From Nostoc sp. DedSLP01 (GTDB lineage Bacteria > Cyanobacteriota > Cyanobacteriia > Cyanobacteriales > Nostocaceae), in the NCBI GenBank assembly GCA_034530875.2, contig JAVRCJ020000007.1, positions 216,827 to 280,826 of the forward strand: a stretch of 64,000 bases of DNA, given 5' to 3'. Of this stretch, positions 40,245 to 50,812 are shown one piece after another; positions within the stretch are counted from its first letter, which is position 1, and the number at the start of each line of letters is the position of its first letter. Under the pieces are notes generated by a model. That model made no database searches. It was not told the origin of the DNA and was given only the letters and a program-made list of their open reading frames with translations. A program made the translations under genes and the position numbers.

Positions 40245-42371
40245 ATGAGTGAAACCTTGAATGTGCTGATTGTTGAAGATTACGAGCCTGATGCTATCCT
40301 AGTGATTGCCCAATTGCGTCGTGGTGGTTTCAATCCAATTTGGCAGCGGGTGCAAACAGCCGAGGAGCTAGGCAAAGCACTCAATAGCGGTAGCTGGGAT
40401 GCGATAATTTCAGATTACCGATTGCCTGGATTCGATGCTTGTGCGGCTTTAGAAATAGCAAAACAAAGCCAGAAAGATATTCCCTTCATTTTAGTTTCTG
40501 GCACTATCGGCGAAGTATTGGCTGTGGAAATGATGAAAGCTGGCGCTCATGATTATGTGATGAAGGATAACTTAAATCGCTTGCCAGAGGCAGTGCGGCG
40601 AGAACTCCGGGATGCACGGGTGCGAGCAGAGCGCAAACAAGCCCAAAAGCTACTAGAAACATTAGCATCTAATATACCCGGAATGATTTACAGCTTTGTA
40701 CGTTATTCTGGCGGTTCTTTTGCTTTTGAATACATCAGTTTGGGCTGTTTGGATCTTTTAGAGTTAACACCAGATCGAATTTTAGAAAATCCGTCTCTTT
40801 GCTTTGGACAAATTCATCCTCACGATCGCGCTGCATTTTATATGGCTGCTTTAAAAAGCGCTCGCACTTTAAAGCCATTTTCTTACGAGTGGCGATTAAT
40901 TACACCCTCCGGCAAACTCAAGTGGGTACAGACAAATGCTCGTCCAGAGTCCCGCCAGAATGGCAATATTGTCTGGTACGGTGTTTTATTGGATGTCAGC
41001 GACAAAAAACAAGTACAAGAGTTGATCGTCCACAACGCCTTGCACGATCCATTGACGGGTTTACCAAATCGGACCCTGTTGTTGAAGCGGTTGGAATTAG
41101 CCATTAACCGAGCTAAACGTGTAGAAACTTATCGTTATGCTGTTTTGTTTCTCGACCTAGATCGGTTCAAAGTCATCAATGACAGCCTCGGACATTTAAC
41201 TGGAGACCAACTACTCAAAGATATTGCTCAAAAACTCAAAAATCATTTGCGAGAGGTTGATTTAGTCGCTCGTATTGGTGGCGACGAATTCGTAATTTTG
41301 CTCGAAGATATTCCTGGTATTGAAAAAGCGATTCAAATTACCGAGCGTATCCTCGCAGATTTTCAAACACCGCTGCTACTGAATGATACAGAGGTAGCAA
41401 TAGGTACAAGCATCGGCATTGTCTTAGGAACGAAAGATTATTGTCAAGCCTCGGATTTACTGCGAGATGCGGATATTGCCATGTATCGAGCCAAAGCTCA
41501 CAAAAGAAGTTCCTATAAAATTTTTGATGTCAAAATGCACGCTCAAGCTGTACATCGGCTGACTTTAGAAAACGATATTCGCAAAGCTCTAGAAAGAGAA
41601 GAATTTGCCATCTACTACCAGCCGATTGTTGACATCCTGGGCAATACTTACAACGGGCAAAGCCAACCCCAAGTAGGTCGGCTGATTGGATTTGAAGCAT
41701 TGGTGCGCTGGGAACATCCGACTCGCGGGTTTGTTTTGCCCAAGGAATTTATTGCGATCGCCGAAGAAACCGGACTAATCGTGCAAATCGATCGCTGGAT
41801 GCTCTACACAGCTTGCCAACAACTAGCAAACTGGAAAACAAAGTTTACTACTCACTGGCCGCTGAAGGTAAGTATTAACCTTTCTGCTCAAGATATTCGC
41901 CAAGGCAGCTTAATTGAAGACATCGATAAAATCCTCGCCCAAACAAATTTAATTGGCGATTCCATAGTCCTAGAAATTACTGAAAGTATGCTCATTGAAA
42001 ATACTAGTAAGACTATAGATTTATTAACCGAATTAAAGACCAGGAAAATTCAAATTAGTATTGATGACTTTGGTACTGGTTATTCATCGCTCAATTACCT
42101 CCATCGGTTACCCACTGATAATTTGAAAATCGATCGCTCATTTGTCAGCCAGATGCGAGAAGGCAACCGTAATTACCAAGTTATTAGTACCATTATTGCT
42201 TTGAGCGATCGACTGGGATTAGGCGTTGTTGCAGAAGGTATTGAAACACCACAGCAACTTCAATGGTTACAGCAGCTTGGATGCGAATTGGGTCAAGGTT
42301 ACCTGTTCTCTAAACCCCTCAGCCACGAAACTTTAGAAGCGCTTCTAGCAAGTAAAAATTTTATCCTCTAG
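40245..42371 (+). CDS. REC-PAS-GGDEF-EAL diguanylate cyclase/phosphodiesterase
   Basis: LIVED/ISDY REC, HDPLTGLPNR, RxxD (REVD) plus GGDEF, FEALVRW, DDFGTGYSSL. Confidence 0.95.
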   Translation: MSETLNVLIVEDYEPDAILVIAQLRRGGFNPIWQRVQTAEELGKALNSGSWDAIISDYRLPGFDACAALEIAKQSQKDIPFILVSGTIGEVLAVEMMKAGAHDYVMKDNLNRLPEAVRRELRDARVRAERKQAQKLLETLASNIPGMIYSFVRYSGGSFAFEYISLGCLDLLELTPDRILENPSLCFGQIHPHDRAAFYMAALKSARTLKPFSYEWRLITPSGKLKWVQTNARPESRQNGNIVWYGVLLDVSDKKQVQELIVHNALHDPLTGLPNRTLLLKRLELAINRAKRVETYRYAVLFLDLDRFKVINDSLGHLTGDQLLKDIAQKLKNHLREVDLVARIGGDEFVILLEDIPGIEKAIQITERILADFQTPLLLNDTEVAIGTSIGIVLGTKDYCQASDLLRDADIAMYRAKAHKRSSYKIFDVKMHAQAVHRLTLENDIRKALEREEFAIYYQPIVDILGNTYNGQSQPQVGRLIGFEALVRWEHPTRGFVLPKEFIAIAEETGLIVQIDRWMLYTACQQLANWKTKFTTHWPLKVSINLSAQDIRQGSLIEDIDKILAQTNLIGDSIVLEITESMLIENTSKTIDLLTELKTRKIQISIDDFGTGYSSLNYLHRLPTDNLKIDRSFVSQMREGNRNYQVISTIIALSDRLGLGVVAEGIETPQQLQWLQQLGCELGQGYLFSKPLSHETLEALLASKNFIL

Positions 42372-42632
42372 TTATTGTGGCTAAATAACAAACAACCAAA
42401 GCACAAGCATATTTAATACCATAAATTTTGCGCTTAACTGTGGTGACTAACTTGGGAAAAATTGAGTATTTATTGCATTAAAATCAATATAGTTTTTAGA
42501 AAAAATTAATCGTTGTTTCTAACATTGGCTACTACATAACTTGATAATTAACTTTTAAGAAAATAAGTTTTAAAAATTTACAAAAAATCTATCTAGAGAT
42601 AAATTACTAAAACTAGTAAACTAGCTTAGGGT

Positions 42633-45600
42633 ATGTACAGCCTGTGCAATAAGTATTGGTTAGTCCCAAACATTTTAATGCTCCACATTCCTTATTCCCA
42701 ATTACTGCGTTACGGCATTGCTGTATTAAATGTCGCACTTGCCTTAGCACTCATGCTGTTGCTAGATCCTTGGCTGAGCATGAGTAAAACTCCTTTTTTG
42801 CTGTTTTTTAGCGCTGTAATGGTGAGTGCGTGGTATGGTGGTTTCAAATCAGGACTATTAGCAACCTTTTTGTCTGGGCTACTGAGCAATTACTTTTTCC
42901 TTTTGCCAGCCGATGGGCTGAGTTTTGATTTATCGAATACTGTGCGGCTGGGGTTATTCGTATTACAGGGATTGCTCTTTAGTATCCTCTGTGAAGCATT
43001 AAAGAATGCGAAAAAAGGGACTGAAATAAATTTACAAAAGCTGAAAGTCTCTGAAGAAAGATTTCGCTTAGCCTTAAGCAGTTCGGATATTCTGGTATTT
43101 CAGCAAGATGGCAATTTGCGATATCAGTGGATTCATAACCCTCAAGCTGGAGACAAAATACTAGAAATCTTAGGTAAATCTGATGCAGAATTATTTCCCG
43201 CCTCAGTGGCAGAACACTTAACAGCAATCAAGCAAAAAGTATTAACAACTGGTGTTGCAACTCGTGAAGAAGTTTGTTTGCCAGTAAGCGGAGAAAACTT
43301 TTATTACGACCTGCTGATCGAACCGTTAAAAGATGCAGACAATACCATTCATGGTATTACTTGTGTGGCTGTGAATATTACCCAGCGATACCAAGCAGAA
43401 CTAGAAAAATCCAGATTGCAGAGACAACTTCAGCAAGCCGTTCAGCAAAAAGATGAATCTTTAGCCTTGCAGAATGCTTGGCTGACTGCTTCACCAGTGG
43501 GGTTGGCTTTCTTCGATCGCGAACTTCGCTACGTTTACGTAAATGAAGCCCTAGCAGCCACAAATGGCGTACCGCTAAGTCAACATCTCGGTCGCACCTT
43601 TGGGGAAGTTCTACCAGAATGGCAAGACCGAATTGAGCCTATCTTTCGGCAAGTGATGGCAACTGGGCAGCCCTTATTTAACCAGGAAATCAGCGGTGAA
43701 ACTTATCCGCCTGGGGTGTATCGTTATGCTCTAGTCAGCTACTATCCAGTGTGTTTGCCAGACGGACAAGTACTAGGAGTAGGTGTCACATCCATTGATA
43801 TCACTCACCAAAAGCAATCCGAGCAAACATTACGGCAAAGTGAAGCGAAGTTTCGCAGCGTAGTCGAATCAAACATGATTGGCATTGGCTTCTGGGAGAA
43901 AAGCGGCAAAATTACAGAAGCTAACGATGCCTTGTTAGATATGTTGGGTTATTCTCGTGCAGAATTAATTTCTGGCCAACTCAACTGGCAAAACCTGACT
44001 CCAAAAGAGTATTTGCCACTCGATGACCAAGCACTAATGCAACTGCAAACCAGCCCCTCTTGCACGCCTTACGAAAAAGAATATATTTGTAAAGACGGCT
44101 CCCGCTTGCCAGTTTTGATAGGTAGCAGTCACTTTGAGGGGACTGTTGAGCGAGGAGCTTTCTTTGTTCTCGATATTACAGAGCGCAAACAGGCTGAAGA
44201 AAGACTCCGCTACATTGCCCAAGTTAGTAGTTTACTCTCTACTTCCCTCGATTACGAACAAACTTTAGAACAAATTGCCAAAATTTCAGTTCCCCAATTA
44301 GCAGATTGGTGTAGCGTCAATATTCTCAATGAAGATGGTTCCATTCGCAGCTTAGGTATTGCTCATGCAGACCCAGCAAAAGCAGAATTGGCAGCTAAAC
44401 ATCCAGGCTATGTGCCAGATTCCAACAGCGCAATTACTAAAGTCCTACAAACAGGACAAAGCGAATTAATCGCTGAAGTATCTGATTCCTTCTTAGTAGC
44501 AAATATTTCAAATCAAGAACACTTAGAACTCGTTCGACAATTGGGGATTAAATCGATAATGATTGTGCCGTTAATCGCCAGAGGACGAGTACTCGGCAGC
44601 ATCAGCTTTGTCAGCACCCAATCGGAACGTCGCTACGATCGCTCTGACTTGACTTTAGCAACAGATGTCGCCTATCGTGCCGCCTTAGCAGTGGAAAATG
44701 CCCAACTTTATCAAGATATCCACCAAGCTTTAATTCATTATGCCGAATCTCTATCTCTTTTGGATGCGCTCTTAGCAGCGGCTCCTGTTGCTGTATGCTT
44801 TTTAGATCGGCAACTGCGATATCTCCGCATCAATCAAGTGTTTGCTGACATTAACGGTTTAACTATAGAAGAACACTTAGGACGGAAATTTCAAGAATTA
44901 CTTCCAGAGATGGCGGCTGAGTTAGAAGCACAGTTACAGCAGGTGTTGGAGACTGGAGAACCTCTGGTGAATGTAGAAATGGGCATCGAGACACCAGGGC
45001 AACCCGGAAATTATCAATACTGGCTGGGCAACTATTACCCAGTCAACAATCGTATGGGCGAAACCTTGGGAATTGGCATGATTCTGGCAGATGTGACAGC
45101 AGCAAAACAAACCGAAGTTGCCTTGCGAGAAAGCGAAGAAAGATTCCGAGCAATGTTCGATCAAGCCGCTGTCGGCATTGCTTTGGTAGCCTTGGATGGA
45201 CGATTTCTTCAGGTTAATCCGGCGCTATGCGAAATTACCGGATACAGCTATGAAGAGTTAATGCAGATGAACTTTCAGGAAATTACCCATCCTGGCGACT
45301 TAGAAGCCGATATAGAGAATGCTCGGCGAGTTTTGGCACAAGAAATTAACGGTTATTCTTTAGAGAAGCGCTACATCCGCAAAGATGGTTCCATCCTTTG
45401 GATAAACCTGACTTCATCAGCAGTTTGGAATAATCAAGGGCAACTCAAGTATGCGTTAGGTATTATCGAAGATATCAGCGAGCGCAAACGAATTGAAGCT
45501 ACACAACAGTTTTTAGTCGAAGCCAGCACCCTACTAGCCGCCTCATTGGATTACGAAATCACCTTGGCTAATGTGGCTCATTTAGCAGTTCCTACCCTAG

Positions 45601-47723
45601 CAGATTGGTGTATTGTAGATGTTTTCCAGGAAGATTGGTCGAGCAAACAAATTGCGATCGCAATTGCCGACCCAACGAAAAAGAATATATTAGACGAAAT
45701 CCAACGACGTTATCCACCCAAAAGCGGCACACAACAGCTTGTACAGCAGCTACAGCTGGGAATATCTGTTTTTTATCCCCAATTAGCTAACTCTCATCTT
45801 TTACAGATGGCTCAAAATGAGGAACATCTGCAATTGCTGCAAAGTTTGGATATTCATTCTTTAATGGTGATTCCAGTCCGTTCCCGCGGGCAATTATTCG
45901 GCGCCATCTCTTTTTTTACAGCCGAGTCTGGTCGGCACTATCAACAGACAGACTTAGCTTTAGCAGAAGACATTGCTCGTCGTGCTGCTACAGCCATTGA
46001 CAATGCCAGACTCTACCAAGAAACTCAACAAGCAAAACAAGCTGCCGAGCGTTCTGTCAATCGTACCGTACTTTTACAAAGTATCACCGCTGCCCTCTCG
46101 GAAGCCCTAACTCCCCAACAAGTAGCTGATGTGGTGATGAATCAAGGAATTACTGCCTTGGGAGCATCTGCTGGTTCCGTTGTCTTAGTAGCTGAAGAAA
46201 ATAATACCTTGAAAGTTGTGCAAGCAACTGGCTATCCACGATCGCTAATAGATATCTGGGAAAGTTTTCCGATTAGCGCACCTAACCAAATTGCAGAAAC
46301 AATCAGAACTAAAAAGCCAATTTTTTGCCAAAATTTAGCAGCCTTCACCGCCAGCTATCCCAGCTTAGCCGATGCTGCGGCCCTGACTGGAAATAATGCT
46401 TGGGCTTCCATACCGATGATGGCAGAAGGTAAAGCTATTGGCGCATTGGGATTTAGCTTTGCTACTGCCCAAGTATTTAATGAAGAAGACCGGAGATTTA
46501 TGCTGACATTGGGGCAGCAATGCGGTCAAGCCATCGCCCGCGCTCAACTTTACGAAGCCGAAAAGACAGCACGGGCGCAAGCTGAAAAAGCCAACCGCAT
46601 CAAAGATGAATTTCTGGCGGTGCTTTCTCACGAATTGCGAACTCCGCTAAATCCGATTTTAGGCTGGGCCAAGTTACTTAGAACCCGGAAGTTTGACGAT
46701 GCAACTAAAGCCCGTGCCTTGGAGACTATCGAACGCAACGCCCAGTTACAAACCCAACTCATTGAAGATTTGCTTGATGTGTCGCGGATTTTACAAGGTA
46801 AGCTGAGTTTAAATCTTCATGCAGTCGATTTAAAAGTTGCGATCGCCGCCGCCCAAGAAACGGTACGTTTAGCAGCAGAAGCCAAATCAATTGAGATTCA
46901 GACGTTTCTTGGCAACGATGTAGGAAAAGTTTTAGGCGATGGCGATCGCTTGCAACAAGTTATGTGGAATTTACTATCAAATGCTGTAAAATTTACACCA
47001 TCTGGAGGACGGGTAGAAGTACATTTAGAACAAGTTAACTCGGACGCTCAAATCAAGGTAACTGATACGGGTAAAGGAATTAGTCCAGAATTTTTGCCTC
47101 ATGTCTTTGACTACTTCCGCCAAGCAGATGCCAAGACAACGAGAGTATTTGGCGGCTTGGGATTGGGGCTAGCAATTGTGCGTCATTTAGTTGAACTTCA
47201 CGGTGGTACAGTTGAAGCAGACAGTCCAGGAGAAGGACAAGGAGCAACCTTTATAGTCAAGCTACCTTTGCTCAAAAGTTCTGAGTCACGAGTTTCTAGC
47301 CCGGAATCTTCTAATTCAGACCTGAGTACTGAAGACTCATTACTTTTGGGAGTCGAAGTTTTGCTTGTGGACGACCAACCAGATGTACGCGAGTTTTTTA
47401 GCTTCGCCTTAGAACAGTATGGAGCCATTGTAACCGCTGTTGAATCCGCAACCGAAGCATTAGAAGCACTGGCTAACTCCAAGCCAGATATTTTATTAAG
47501 CGACATTGGAATGCCGTTCATGGATGGCTACATGCTGCTACGCGAAATCAGAAAATTGCCACCAGAACAAAACGGACAAATTCCAGCCATCGCTTTGACT
47601 GCTTATGCTGGAGAAATCAACTACGATCGAGCGCTAGCAGCCGGATTTCAAAAACACCTACCCAAACCCGTTGAACCGATTGATTTAGCAACTGCGATCG
47701 TCAATTTAATTAATCAGATGTAG
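42633..47723 (+). CDS. Membrane-anchored hybrid histidine kinase (DUF4118-like TM, multiple PAS and GAF, HisKA, HATPase, REC)
   Basis: TM segments with SAWYGG; PAS motifs; QLADWC GAFs; LSHELRTPL; DTGKG; GGLGLGL; LLSDIGMP; start may be 42678. Confidence 0.93.
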   Translation: MYSLCNKYWLVPNILMLHIPYSQLLRYGIAVLNVALALALMLLLDPWLSMSKTPFLLFFSAVMVSAWYGGFKSGLLATFLSGLLSNYFFLLPADGLSFDLSNTVRLGLFVLQGLLFSILCEALKNAKKGTEINLQKLKVSEERFRLALSSSDILVFQQDGNLRYQWIHNPQAGDKILEILGKSDAELFPASVAEHLTAIKQKVLTTGVATREEVCLPVSGENFYYDLLIEPLKDADNTIHGITCVAVNITQRYQAELEKSRLQRQLQQAVQQKDESLALQNAWLTASPVGLAFFDRELRYVYVNEALAATNGVPLSQHLGRTFGEVLPEWQDRIEPIFRQVMATGQPLFNQEISGETYPPGVYRYALVSYYPVCLPDGQVLGVGVTSIDITHQKQSEQTLRQSEAKFRSVVESNMIGIGFWEKSGKITEANDALLDMLGYSRAELISGQLNWQNLTPKEYLPLDDQALMQLQTSPSCTPYEKEYICKDGSRLPVLIGSSHFEGTVERGAFFVLDITERKQAEERLRYIAQVSSLLSTSLDYEQTLEQIAKISVPQLADWCSVNILNEDGSIRSLGIAHADPAKAELAAKHPGYVPDSNSAITKVLQTGQSELIAEVSDSFLVANISNQEHLELVRQLGIKSIMIVPLIARGRVLGSISFVSTQSERRYDRSDLTLATDVAYRAALAVENAQLYQDIHQALIHYAESLSLLDALLAAAPVAVCFLDRQLRYLRINQVFADINGLTIEEHLGRKFQELLPEMAAELEAQLQQVLETGEPLVNVEMGIETPGQPGNYQYWLGNYYPVNNRMGETLGIGMILADVTAAKQTEVALRESEERFRAMFDQAAVGIALVALDGRFLQVNPALCEITGYSYEELMQMNFQEITHPGDLEADIENARRVLAQEINGYSLEKRYIRKDGSILWINLTSSAVWNNQGQLKYALGIIEDISERKRIEATQQFLVEASTLLAASLDYEITLANVAHLAVPTLADWCIVDVFQEDWSSKQIAIAIADPTKKNILDEIQRRYPPKSGTQQLVQQLQLGISVFYPQLANSHLLQMAQNEEHLQLLQSLDIHSLMVIPVRSRGQLFGAISFFTAESGRHYQQTDLALAEDIARRAATAIDNARLYQETQQAKQAAERSVNRTVLLQSITAALSEALTPQQVADVVMNQGITALGASAGSVVLVAEENNTLKVVQATGYPRSLIDIWESFPISAPNQIAETIRTKKPIFCQNLAAFTASYPSLADAAALTGNNAWASIPMMAEGKAIGALGFSFATAQVFNEEDRRFMLTLGQQCGQAIARAQLYEAEKTARAQAEKANRIKDEFLAVLSHELRTPLNPILGWAKLLRTRKFDDATKARALETIERNAQLQTQLIEDLLDVSRILQGKLSLNLHAVDLKVAIAAAQETVRLAAEAKSIEIQTFLGNDVGKVLGDGDRLQQVMWNLLSNAVKFTPSGGRVEVHLEQVNSDAQIKVTDTGKGISPEFLPHVFDYFRQADAKTTRVFGGLGLGLAIVRHLVELHGGTVEADSPGEGQGATFIVKLPLLKSSESRVSSPESSNSDLSTEDSLLLGVEVLLVDDQPDVREFFSFALEQYGAIVTAVESATEALEALANSKPDILLSDIGMPFMDGYMLLREIRKLPPEQNGQIPAIALTAYAGEINYDRALAAGFQKHLPKPVEPIDLATAIVNLINQM

Positions 47724-47749
47724 AGACGTTGCATTGCAACGTCTCTACA
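47720..47749. repeat. REP-like palindrome overlapping the kinase stop codon
   Basis: gtagagacgttgcattgcaacgtctctac. Confidence 0.8.
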
Positions 47750-47857
47750 AGGATTTTGATATCATGCACAATCTTTTTCATACATGAAATCAGCAACATA
47801 ATTTTGCAAAAATTTTTCTCAAATTGCAAATCTAAAATCGAAAAAGCGATTAACTTT

Positions 47858-48106
47858 TCAAGTTGGTACTAATTCACCAGGACGCAACTTCGACCATTTA
47901 CCGGTTTCGCGCTTAAAGCTCAAACAACCAACAACATCCCATTCCATTTCAATGATTTCGCCTTTAGTGCGGATGTTGACGTTGATAGAAGGTTCGTTCG
48001 GGTCGAAATCTGGTGTTTCAGTTAAATGGGGTTGTTGGTGCTGCGTTTCTACAGCGTGATAGGTGAGACAGCGGTCTACGTAGTGGCAGTTGACGCAAAT
48101 ACACAT
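47858..48106 (-). CDS. ycf34: Ycf34 Fe-S protein
   Basis: MCICVNCHYVDRCLTYHAVE...EWDVVGC. Confidence 0.93.
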   Translation of the reverse strand: MCICVNCHYVDRCLTYHAVETQHQQPHLTETPDFDPNEPSINVNIRTKGEIIEMEWDVVGCLSFKRETGKWSKLRPGELVPT

Positions 48107-48192
48107 AATAGAACCAACTCCTGATGCCTTTATTGTTAATCTAGCTTAAGCTCGACTGTTATTCATTAGTTGCTGGGTTGATTTTTATTACA

Positions 48193-49518
48193 ATGCATTC
48201 TTTTGTTGCTTCTACCCTAGCTCCCGAAAATTGGCCTTTTAGCTTGGCATTATTGCCAGAACCCGCTTATATGGTGGGTGGTGCTGTACGCGATGCCATC
48301 CTGGGCAGAACCCGCGAATACTTGGATCTCGATTTTGTAATATCATCAAATGCTGTAAATGTGGCCAGAGCGATCGCTCGTCATTATAATGCTGGCTTTG
48401 TCTTACTCGATGCCGAAAGACAAATTGCCCGTGTAGTTTTTCCCCACGCCACGGCTGATTTTGCCCAACAAGAAGGAGATAGTTTAGCAGTTGACTTGCA
48501 CAGGCGGGACTTTACAATAAATGCGATCGCTTATAATCCCCACACCCAAGAAATCATCGATCCCTTGCAAGGTTACGCAGACTTACAACAAGGCATTTTG
48601 CGAATGATATCACCTGCTAACCTCGAAGACGACCCTTTACGGTTAATGCGAGCTTATCGCCAAGCTGCCCAACTCAATTTTACTATTGAGCCAGTTACCC
48701 AAGGCACAATTCGTTCTTTGGCATCGCATCTGGCCAAAGTTGCACCGGAAAGATTTCGTGTCGAAATCGGTTATTTATTGGCATCTCAAGGTACTTCCTG
48801 GATAACAACTGCTTGGGAAGATGGTTTACTTACCGCTTTCTTCAAAAATGCCACCCGTGAAAGCTTAAACAAACTCGCAGCAGTTGACAAGGCAGCAGTT
48901 TTTCTCGCCCAAAATTGGCAACAACTAGGAGTACAACTGCAACTATATGTCCGAGATACTGTCAAAACTACTTGGCTAGGCATTGCCAAACTTGCTTGCC
49001 TGGTAAATCCAAATCCAGAATTAGCAGAAATAGAATTACAAGAACTTACCTATAGTCGTGCCGAAATTCGCGGTGTAACCACAGCTTTGAGATTATCGCC
49101 GCAGCTGAAAGCAGCAAATATGTCCTTGCGAGAACAATACTTTTTGTTTCAAGACGCAGATATTATTTTTCCCGCCACGGTAGCGTTAGCCGTAGCATCA
49201 GATAATTTGGTAGAGGCGATATCTGGCGACAAGCAGCTCGACACAGCAGTTGCTACAACAGAAGAAACATATACAACGCGTTGCCTGGTCTTTGCACCTT
49301 TAATCAACCGCTACCTGAACCCTGACGATCTGGTTGCTCATCCCACTCCATTAGTTAGCGGGAAGGAGTTGATTATAGCACTAGATATTCCAGCTTCGCC
49401 AATTGTCGGCAAACTGTTGACAGAGATTGCCATCGCCCAAGCCGAAGGAAAAATTTCAACAGCAACAGATGCGATCGCATTTGCGCGTGAGTTAGTTGAG
49501 GCAAATGGGGATTGGTAA
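48193..49518 (+). CDS. Class II tRNA nucleotidyltransferase, probably CC-adding
   Basis: VGGAVRDA..DLDF, RRDFTINA, DDPLRLMR; short segment before motif B. Confidence 0.88.
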   Translation: MHSFVASTLAPENWPFSLALLPEPAYMVGGAVRDAILGRTREYLDLDFVISSNAVNVARAIARHYNAGFVLLDAERQIARVVFPHATADFAQQEGDSLAVDLHRRDFTINAIAYNPHTQEIIDPLQGYADLQQGILRMISPANLEDDPLRLMRAYRQAAQLNFTIEPVTQGTIRSLASHLAKVAPERFRVEIGYLLASQGTSWITTAWEDGLLTAFFKNATRESLNKLAAVDKAAVFLAQNWQQLGVQLQLYVRDTVKTTWLGIAKLACLVNPNPELAEIELQELTYSRAEIRGVTTALRLSPQLKAANMSLREQYFLFQDADIIFPATVALAVASDNLVEAISGDKQLDTAVATTEETYTTRCLVFAPLINRYLNPDDLVAHPTPLVSGKELIIALDIPASPIVGKLLTEIAIAQAEGKISTATDAIAFARELVEANGDW

Positions 49519-50453
49519 TGGATAACCTAACCTTCTTTTCTGATTACCTGGCAGCAAGTCTGCGTTTAACTGTGCCGCTAGCATTTGCCGCACTCGGAGG
49601 ATTGTACTCGGAACGTTCGGGAGTACTAAATATTGCCCTGGAAGGCATGTTGCTGACTGGAGCTTTTACTAGTGCTGTTGCTACTTTTTACACGGGCAAT
49701 GTTTGGATTGGTCTGTTTGCAACTTTGATTGCAGGAGCTTTAGTAGGTCTACTTCATGCTTTTTTATGCGTGACTTTACGTGTTGACCAGTTAGTATCAG
49801 GGTTAGCAATTAATCTAGTAGCATCTGGGATGACATCGTTTTTGGCACGGTTGGTATTTAGCGGCGGTAGCACCCAAAGATTACCGGGAATTGAGGCTAT
49901 AGTTATCCCTGGTCTTGCCAATATTCCGCTGTTGGGGTCGCTGCTATTTCAACAACATATTTTAGTATATTTACTTATTTTATTAGTTGTTATAACTACG
50001 TATATTTTATTTCGTACAAACTTTGGTCTGACTTTACGCGCAGTCGGAGAACATCCCCAAGCGGCAAAAACGGCTGGAATATCTGTAGAATTAGTGAGGT
50101 ATTTGTCAGTGGCGATCGCTGGCTGTCTTGCCAGTTTGGGAGGAGCCGATCTTGCTTTAGTACAGGTAAGATTTTTTACTGAAAACATGAGTGCTGGCAA
50201 AGGATTTATTGCGATCGCTGCTTTAATTTTTGGCAGGTGGCATCCTGTAGGCACTGCTTTAGCTTGTTTGTTATTTGGAGCTACAGAAGCCTTACAGCTA
50301 CGAATTCAGGCGTTAGGTGCAAATATACCTTATCAATTTCTGGTGATGCTACCTTATGCGATCGCAATTTTGGCACTGGTGAGTAAACCTGGTAAATCTG
50401 CAACCCCAAAAGCATTAGGTGTTTCTTATTGGGAAGAAAATCGCGATCGTTAG
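49512..50453 (+). CDS. ABC transporter permease (nucleoside/sugar type)
   Basis: SERSGVLNIALEG, LRAVGEHP, GKGFIAIAALIFGRW. Confidence 0.92.
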   Translation: MVMDNLTFFSDYLAASLRLTVPLAFAALGGLYSERSGVLNIALEGMLLTGAFTSAVATFYTGNVWIGLFATLIAGALVGLLHAFLCVTLRVDQLVSGLAINLVASGMTSFLARLVFSGGSTQRLPGIEAIVIPGLANIPLLGSLLFQQHILVYLLILLVVITTYILFRTNFGLTLRAVGEHPQAAKTAGISVELVRYLSVAIAGCLASLGGADLALVQVRFFTENMSAGKGFIAIAALIFGRWHPVGTALACLLFGATEALQLRIQALGANIPYQFLVMLPYAIAILALVSKPGKSATPKALGVSYWEENRDR

Positions 50454-50812
50454 ATCCTCAACAGCGATGGGTTAAGCTGTTCTTTGTTTATCAACGAGTT
50501 ATGCAGTGTCCATTTAATTAATGTTCCGTGTTTAGTTTGTGCTGAATCAATGGATGTTGAATTAATGTTACTTGGTTGTGCATATTTTGTAGAACTTTTA
50601 GATGAATATTCAGAACTTATGCAAAATTATGAAGAAATGAACCGCAAATGACACAAATAAATAAGAGTTTCAGAGAGTATTTGCGTAAATCTTAATATTG
50701 ATTAGTGTAATTTCAATGAGTGTAGAAAACAGTTACGGAATTCAGTAATAATTCTCCTTTACTTTCGTAATTATTAATACATATTAGATACAGCTTTTTA
50801 AGGATAACCTCT

